Source of the DNA: an uncultured Acidobacteriota bacterium
Lineage (GTDB): Bacteria > Acidobacteriota > Thermoanaerobaculia > UBA5066 > Gp7-AA6
Length of the DNA stretch: 64,000 nucleotides
Direction of reading: 5' to 3'
NCBI GenBank assembly: GCA_963764715.1
Contig: CAVXTP010000022.1
Coordinates: forward strand, 1 to 64,000
This document shows, one piece after another, positions 59,444 through 64,000 of the stretch. Under the pieces are notes generated by a model. That model searched no databases. It worked only from the letters and a program-made list of their open reading frames with translations, and was not told the DNA's origin. Both the position numbers and the translations under genes were made by a program. The number at the start of each line of letters is the position of its first letter. Position 1 is the stretch's first letter.

Positions 59444-59532
59444 GCCGGAGTGGCGGAATTGGTAGACGCACGGGACTTAAAATCCCGAGGGCCGCAAGGC
59501 CCGTGCCGGTTCGACTCCGGCCTCCGGCACCA
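59444..59532 (+). tRNA. tRNA-Leu (TAA)
   Basis: GCCGGAG...CTCCGGC ACCA; loop CTTAAAA; long variable arm. Confidence 0.96.
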
Positions 59533-59543
59533 CTGATACGGGC

Positions 59544-60284
59544 ATGAACGGTTCGACCGCTCCGGGAATGAACGGGCCTACCGCGGACACGGTTTCCGCG
59601 TTCCAGGCGCGCCTGGGGTACGAGTTCCGCAACCTCGACCTGCTCGAGCGGGCCCTCACGCACAAGTCATTCTCCAACGAGAACCGGGAGCTGCGCTCGC
59701 CCAACAACGAGCGCCTGGAGTTCCTCGGGGACGCGGTCCTCGGCTTCGTCATCGGCGAGCTGATCTACCACTCGTTTCCCAACCTGCAGGAAGGGGCCCT
59801 CTCGAAGATCAAGGCCCACCTCGTCTCGGCCAGCATGCTGTCGTCCAAGGGCCGCGGGCTCGAGATCGGGCGATACCTGCGCATGGGCGCGGGCGAGGCG
59901 CGCTCCGGAGGGGCGGAGAAGCTGTCGCTGCTCGCGGATGCGTTCGAGGCCGTCGTGGCGGCGATCTATCTCGACGGAGGCGTGGCGCCGACGGAGGCGT
60001 TCGTTCGCCGCGTGTTCGAGCCGGAGGTCGCCGGAATCGACATCGGCGACCTGTCGTTTCACGACTACAAGACCACGCTGCAGGAGACGGCCCAGAGCCT
60101 CGGGCTGCCCCTGCCGGACTATCGGGTCATCGAGGAGTCCGGGCCGGACCACGAGAAGGCCTTCGTCGTCGAGCTCGCCTGGGACGGCGAGCCGTTCGCG
60201 CGCGGGCAGGGTCCCTCCAAGCGCGAGGCCCAGCGCAAGGCCGCCAAGGAGGCGCTGAAAAAACTCGGCCGGCTCCCCGCTTAG
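59544..60284 (+). CDS. rnc: Ribonuclease III
   Basis: NERLEFLGDAVL, ADAFEA and DYKT.LQE dsRBD motifs; start may be 59568. Confidence 0.96.
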   Translation: MNGSTAPGMNGPTADTVSAFQARLGYEFRNLDLLERALTHKSFSNENRELRSPNNERLEFLGDAVLGFVIGELIYHSFPNLQEGALSKIKAHLVSASMLSSKGRGLEIGRYLRMGAGEARSGGAEKLSLLADAFEAVVAAIYLDGGVAPTEAFVRRVFEPEVAGIDIGDLSFHDYKTTLQETAQSLGLPLPDYRVIEESGPDHEKAFVVELAWDGEPFARGQGPSKREAQRKAAKEALKKLGRLPA

Positions 60285-60314
60285 GCCCTTGTCACTCGCC
60301 AGCGCGAGCGACGG

Positions 60315-62030
60315 TTACCGCGAGCGTTCGATCCGCTTCAAGAACGCGTCGGCGTCTTCGAAGCCCACGAGGCGAAGCTCGGTCCGCTCCTTCCCGGAGG
60401 CGTCGAGGAAGATAATGGTGGGCACGCCGAGGATGCCGAACTTCTGCGCGAGCGCGACGGACTCGGGCGAGCCGAGCCGGGTCATGTCGGCCTTGAAAAG
60501 GTCGTGGCCCGAGAGGGCCTTCCGGACACGCGCGTCCGAAAACGTACGCTTCTCGAGCTCGAGGCACGGCAGGCACCAGTCGGCGGAGAAGTCGATCACG
60601 GCCGGGCGCCCGGTCGGGGCCGCACTGGCGGCGGGGTAGGGCTGCCAGCCGGACAGCGTCCGCGGCACGAAGAAAATCGCGATCGCGAGGAAGAGCGCCG
60701 CGACGCCCGCGCGGAGCGGCCACCGCAGGCCGTAGCCGCGGACGAGCACCGCGACGAGCGCGATCGCCAGAACGACCGGCAGCAGCCAGTGCCCCAGGGG
60801 CCGCGGCAGGACGCTCCGCAGGAAATAGGCCGCCATCGCGAGGAGGATCCAGCCGAAGACCTTCTTGACCGACTCCATCCAGGCGCCCGCGCGGGGCAGG
60901 CGCGAGAGGCTGCCCGAGAACGCTCCGAGGAAGAGGTAGGGGAGCCCGAGGCCGAGCGACAGCACGAAGAACATGAGGAGGCCGAGGCCGGGGTCCTGCC
61001 GCGCGGCCACGAAGGCGAGGAGTCCCACGATGAATCCGCCGACGCAGGGGGCGGCGACCACGCCGACGAACAGGCCCATCCCGAACGCCCCCGCGACGCC
61101 GCTGCGCGCGCCCGCGCGGTTCATGAGGGCCGTCGGCATCCGGATCTCCCAGTAGCCGAACATCGAGAGGGCCATGAGGACGAGGACTCCGGCGATTCCG
61201 GCGAGGACGACGGGATTCTGGAGCAGGGAGCCGAAGAGCTTCCCCGAGAGCGCCGCGGCGACCCCGAGGGCCGAGTAGGTCGTGGCCATGCCGAGCACGT
61301 AGAGCGCCGAGAGACCGAAGGCGCGCGAGGTCGAGCCGCGGGCCTCGCGCGAGAAGAACCCGACCGTCAGCGGGATGACGGGGTAGACGCAGGGCGTCAG
61401 GTTGAGGGCGAGGCCGCCGAGGAAGATCGAGAGGAGCACGATGAAGAGTCCGCGCTTCTCGAGCAGCGCCTCGAGCTCGCTCGAGCCGCTTCCGGCCTGG
61501 ACGCGCCGCGCTTCCGACAGCGGGACGGCGCCGCCCGAGAGCGGTCCGGCCGCCGGAGCCGCGGCGCTCGCCGGGGCCCCGGGCGTCGCGAACTTGACGC
61601 TCGCCGGCGCGAGGCACTGCTTGTCGTTGCAGGCCTGGTAGTTGATCGCGCCCGAGAGCGCCGGCGCCGCGCCCGAGCCCCAGCGGACCGGGACGAGGAT
61701 CTGGAACTCTCCCGCGTAAACGGAGAGCGGCGTCTCCGCGAAGGCGAACTTCTCCAGCTTGCCTTCGGGGTAGACCGGATCGCCGAAGGTCACGCCCGGC
61801 ACGGCGGCGAGCGCGACCTCGGTCGCGATGAGGTAGTCCTCGGTCGGCTTGTGGCTGTTGACGTGCCAGCCCTCGGCGAGCCGGGCGCGGACCGTCAGCG
61901 TGCCCTGGCCGGCCTCCGCTGCGGGCGCCACGGAGGCCTCGACGGTCATGAGCGTCGCCGGATCCGGAGCCGCCGCGACGGCGAGAGCCGCCGCCAGGAA
62001 GACGAGGCCCGCGAGCGCGACGCGTTTCAT
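60315..62030 (-). CDS. dsbD: DsbD-like thiol:disulfide interchange protein
   Basis: YQACNDKQC N-domain; LTPCVYP and APC TM domain; WCLPC thioredoxin domain. Confidence 0.88.
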   Translation of the reverse strand: MKRVALAGLVFLAAALAVAAAPDPATLMTVEASVAPAAEAGQGTLTVRARLAEGWHVNSHKPTEDYLIATEVALAAVPGVTFGDPVYPEGKLEKFAFAETPLSVYAGEFQILVPVRWGSGAAPALSGAINYQACNDKQCLAPASVKFATPGAPASAAAPAAGPLSGGAVPLSEARRVQAGSGSSELEALLEKRGLFIVLLSIFLGGLALNLTPCVYPVIPLTVGFFSREARGSTSRAFGLSALYVLGMATTYSALGVAAALSGKLFGSLLQNPVVLAGIAGVLVLMALSMFGYWEIRMPTALMNRAGARSGVAGAFGMGLFVGVVAAPCVGGFIVGLLAFVAARQDPGLGLLMFFVLSLGLGLPYLFLGAFSGSLSRLPRAGAWMESVKKVFGWILLAMAAYFLRSVLPRPLGHWLLPVVLAIALVAVLVRGYGLRWPLRAGVAALFLAIAIFFVPRTLSGWQPYPAASAAPTGRPAVIDFSADWCLPCLELEKRTFSDARVRKALSGHDLFKADMTRLGSPESVALAQKFGILGVPTIIFLDASGKERTELRLVGFEDADAFLKRIERSR

Positions 62031-62929
62031 GGCGCCGGAGCGGGCTCGAGACGCGCGATGAAGGACTTCACGCGCTCGTTGTACCTGGAGTTGGGGTGGT
62101 CCTTGACGAACTGCTTGTACAGGGCGAGCGCCTCGGCGGGCTTGTCCTGCGACAGGGGGATCTGCGCGCGGAAGAGCTCGGCGCGCTCCTTCTGGTCGGC
62201 GTTCTTCGTGGATGCGATCAGCCGGTCGATCGCCTCGCGCGAGGCCGCGGGGTTGCCCGTCTCGAGCTCGGCCGCGGCGAGGCCCTCGAGCGCCGTTTCG
62301 CGGACGCCCGCGCCGGCATTCGGGGCCGCGGCCGCGCGCCGGAGGTACGGAATCGACGTCTTCATGTCGAACCGCGCGTAGAGCTCCTTGCCGATCGCGA
62401 GGGCGTCGGCGGCCGACAGCGAGTCCACGGGCTGCTCGAGCTTCGCGGCGAGCTTCCGGTAGGCGTCGATGTCCTTGTGCGCGTGCGAATAGAAGTCGGG
62501 CGCGTCCTTGAAGCCCTGCATCAGGAAGACGAGCCGGCCCTCGGGCGTCGTGATCAGCACGGAGGGCGTCTCGGTGACTTTGTACTTCTGCTCGAGCGCC
62601 TTCGCGTCCGGAGCGTCGTTCTTGAGCTTGACCGGGACCATGCCGACGAGCAGGGCCTCGAAATCGAACGCGGGGTAGAGGAGGCTCTGCATGCGCCGGC
62701 AGTCGCCGCAGGCCTCGCTCTCGAACTCGTAGTAGACGAGCTTCTTCTCGGACGCGGCGCGCGCGCGGGCCTCTTCGGCCGTCGCCGCCCAGACCGCGTT
62801 GCCCGGGCTCGTGACCGGCCGCTTGGAGCCGTGCGGAGCCGGGGTCGTCTGGGCCACCGCCGTTCCCGCGGCGAGCCCGAATGCGAGAACCGCGGCGGCG
62901 GTCCGGGGGCGCTGAATTCTTGGCAACAT
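62027..62929 (-). CDS. Secreted thioredoxin-like + TPR protein
   Basis: Signal peptide; CGDC; TP cis-Pro region; helical repeats. Confidence 0.75.
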   Translation of the reverse strand: MLPRIQRPRTAAAVLAFGLAAGTAVAQTTPAPHGSKRPVTSPGNAVWAATAEEARARAASEKKLVYYEFESEACGDCRRMQSLLYPAFDFEALLVGMVPVKLKNDAPDAKALEQKYKVTETPSVLITTPEGRLVFLMQGFKDAPDFYSHAHKDIDAYRKLAAKLEQPVDSLSAADALAIGKELYARFDMKTSIPYLRRAAAAPNAGAGVRETALEGLAAAELETGNPAASREAIDRLIASTKNADQKERAELFRAQIPLSQDKPAEALALYKQFVKDHPNSRYNERVKSFIARLEPAPAP

Positions 62930-63000
62930 CTTGCGGGCAAACCCTTTCGCGCTCCCTGGAATTCCCGGGCGGCGGGGCGCAGGCCCTATGATCTCCCATC

Positions 63001-64000
63001 ATGAAGAAGTTCGCTCGGGTTTCCACGGTGCTCGGGATTCTCGCCGCCGTCACGGCCGCCCCGGCCGCCCGGGCCGACTGGCCTCAGTGGGGACGCACGC
63101 CCCAGCACGGCGGAGCGGCCCCCGTCACGGGCCAGTCGCTCGACCGCATTCTCGCCCACGCCGTCTACGATCCCTTCGTCGAGGCGATGAAGGCCGAGTC
63201 GAACGGAAACCTGCTCGCCCACTATGCCGTCCCCCTCGTCGACGCGTCCGGCGTGTACATGGTGTTCAAGACCGGGACGTGGACGGGCTTCGGAAACTGG
63301 GACTCGATCACCTGGACCGTGCGCAAGCTCCGCTGGAGCGGCGGGACGCTCGAGCCGGACTGGACGTTCGTGAGCGACTGGAAGCCCGAGCCGCTCGCTC
63401 TGACCGCCTGGGAGTCGGTGTTCCTGCCGGCGATCTCGGGCTCGGACATCTGGGTCCCGGGCCTCGGCGGCACGGTCTTCCGCGTGAACAAGGAGACCGG
63501 CGCGTCCCTCGGCCGCGTCAACCCGTTCGGAGACCTCGACGCGAACCGCTACGTCGCCGGGGGCCTCGCCGTCGCGCCGGACGGAGGCGTCCTCTACGAC
63601 GTCCTCGGTCTCGCGGACGACCCGTCCGAGTCGACCGGCGCGTGGCTCGTGCGCGTCGCGCCCGGAGGCTCCGGCTCTTCGCGCGTCGACTTCGCGACCC
63701 TCGTGCCGGGAGCGCCGGCGGCGACGGACCTCTGCGTCGGCACGTTCCTCACGAGCCAGAGGCCGTGGCCGCCGTCGACGACGGCCGTCCCGCCCTCGGC
63801 GCCCTGCGGCGCGCAGCGGCCCGGGATCAACGTCGTGCCCGCGATCGCGCCGGACGGCACGATCTACACGCTGAGCCGCGCCCACCGCAACGACCGCTAC
63901 GCCTACCTCGTCGCGGTCCACCCGGACCTGACGCCCGCGTGGGCCGCGTCGTTTCGGGGGATCCTCGACGACGGCTGCGGCGTCCTGCTCGAGAACGACA
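63001..64000 (+). CDS. Secreted protein, PQQ-like beta-propeller candidate (3' partial)
   Basis: MKKFARV...AARA-DWPQWGRTPQH; frame open to the window end; TATGAT 8 nt upstream. Confidence 0.75.
   Translation, partial: MKKFARVSTVLGILAAVTAAPAARADWPQWGRTPQHGGAAPVTGQSLDRILAHAVYDPFVEAMKAESNGNLLAHYAVPLVDASGVYMVFKTGTWTGFGNWDSITWTVRKLRWSGGTLEPDWTFVSDWKPEPLALTAWESVFLPAISGSDIWVPGLGGTVFRVNKETGASLGRVNPFGDLDANRYVAGGLAVAPDGGVLYDVLGLADDPSESTGAWLVRVAPGGSGSSRVDFATLVPGAPAATDLCVGTFLTSQRPWPPSTTAVPPSAPCGAQRPGINVVPAIAPDGTIYTLSRAHRNDRYAYLVAVHPDLTPAWAASFRGILDDGCGVLLEND

Overview
GC-rich bacterial chromosome segment, probably Acidobacteriota (Thermoanaerobaculia-like; inferred from gene families, not verified). 1-8.7 kb is the end of the spc operon and the alpha operon (rplF to rplQ). 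8.7-40.7 kb is housekeeping and envelope genes: PilT-like ATPase, CCA/poly(A) polymerase, gatCA, amidase, TPR proteins, a glycogen GDE-GT4-GH57 cluster, gpmI, tkt-tal-zwf, EF-G2, fdhD and a Ser/Thr kinase. The highlight is a ~14.5 kb element integrated at tRNA-Pro(CGG) and bounded by a 57-bp direct repeat (40773-40829 / 55235-55291). It has a phage-satellite-like core: arm-type tyrosine integrase, RHH regulator, Xis-like HTH, Prim-Pol/helicase and an iteron-like origin. Its cargo is two blocks of secreted S-layer-homology (SLH)/surface proteins punctuated by six co-oriented integron attC-like sites, with no integron integrase present. A smaller, older islet carrying an AlkZ/YcaQ-like gene follows. 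After that come lexA with three copies of a candidate CCTAA-N5-TTAGG operator and a candidate sRNA, tRNA-Cys, tRNA-Leu, rnc and DsbD/thioredoxin genes. Other signals: recurrent leaderless -10 promoters, GTAG-type REP doublets, a gatC frameshift and unannotated small membrane proteins. All calls come from reading the sequence; no database searches were run.
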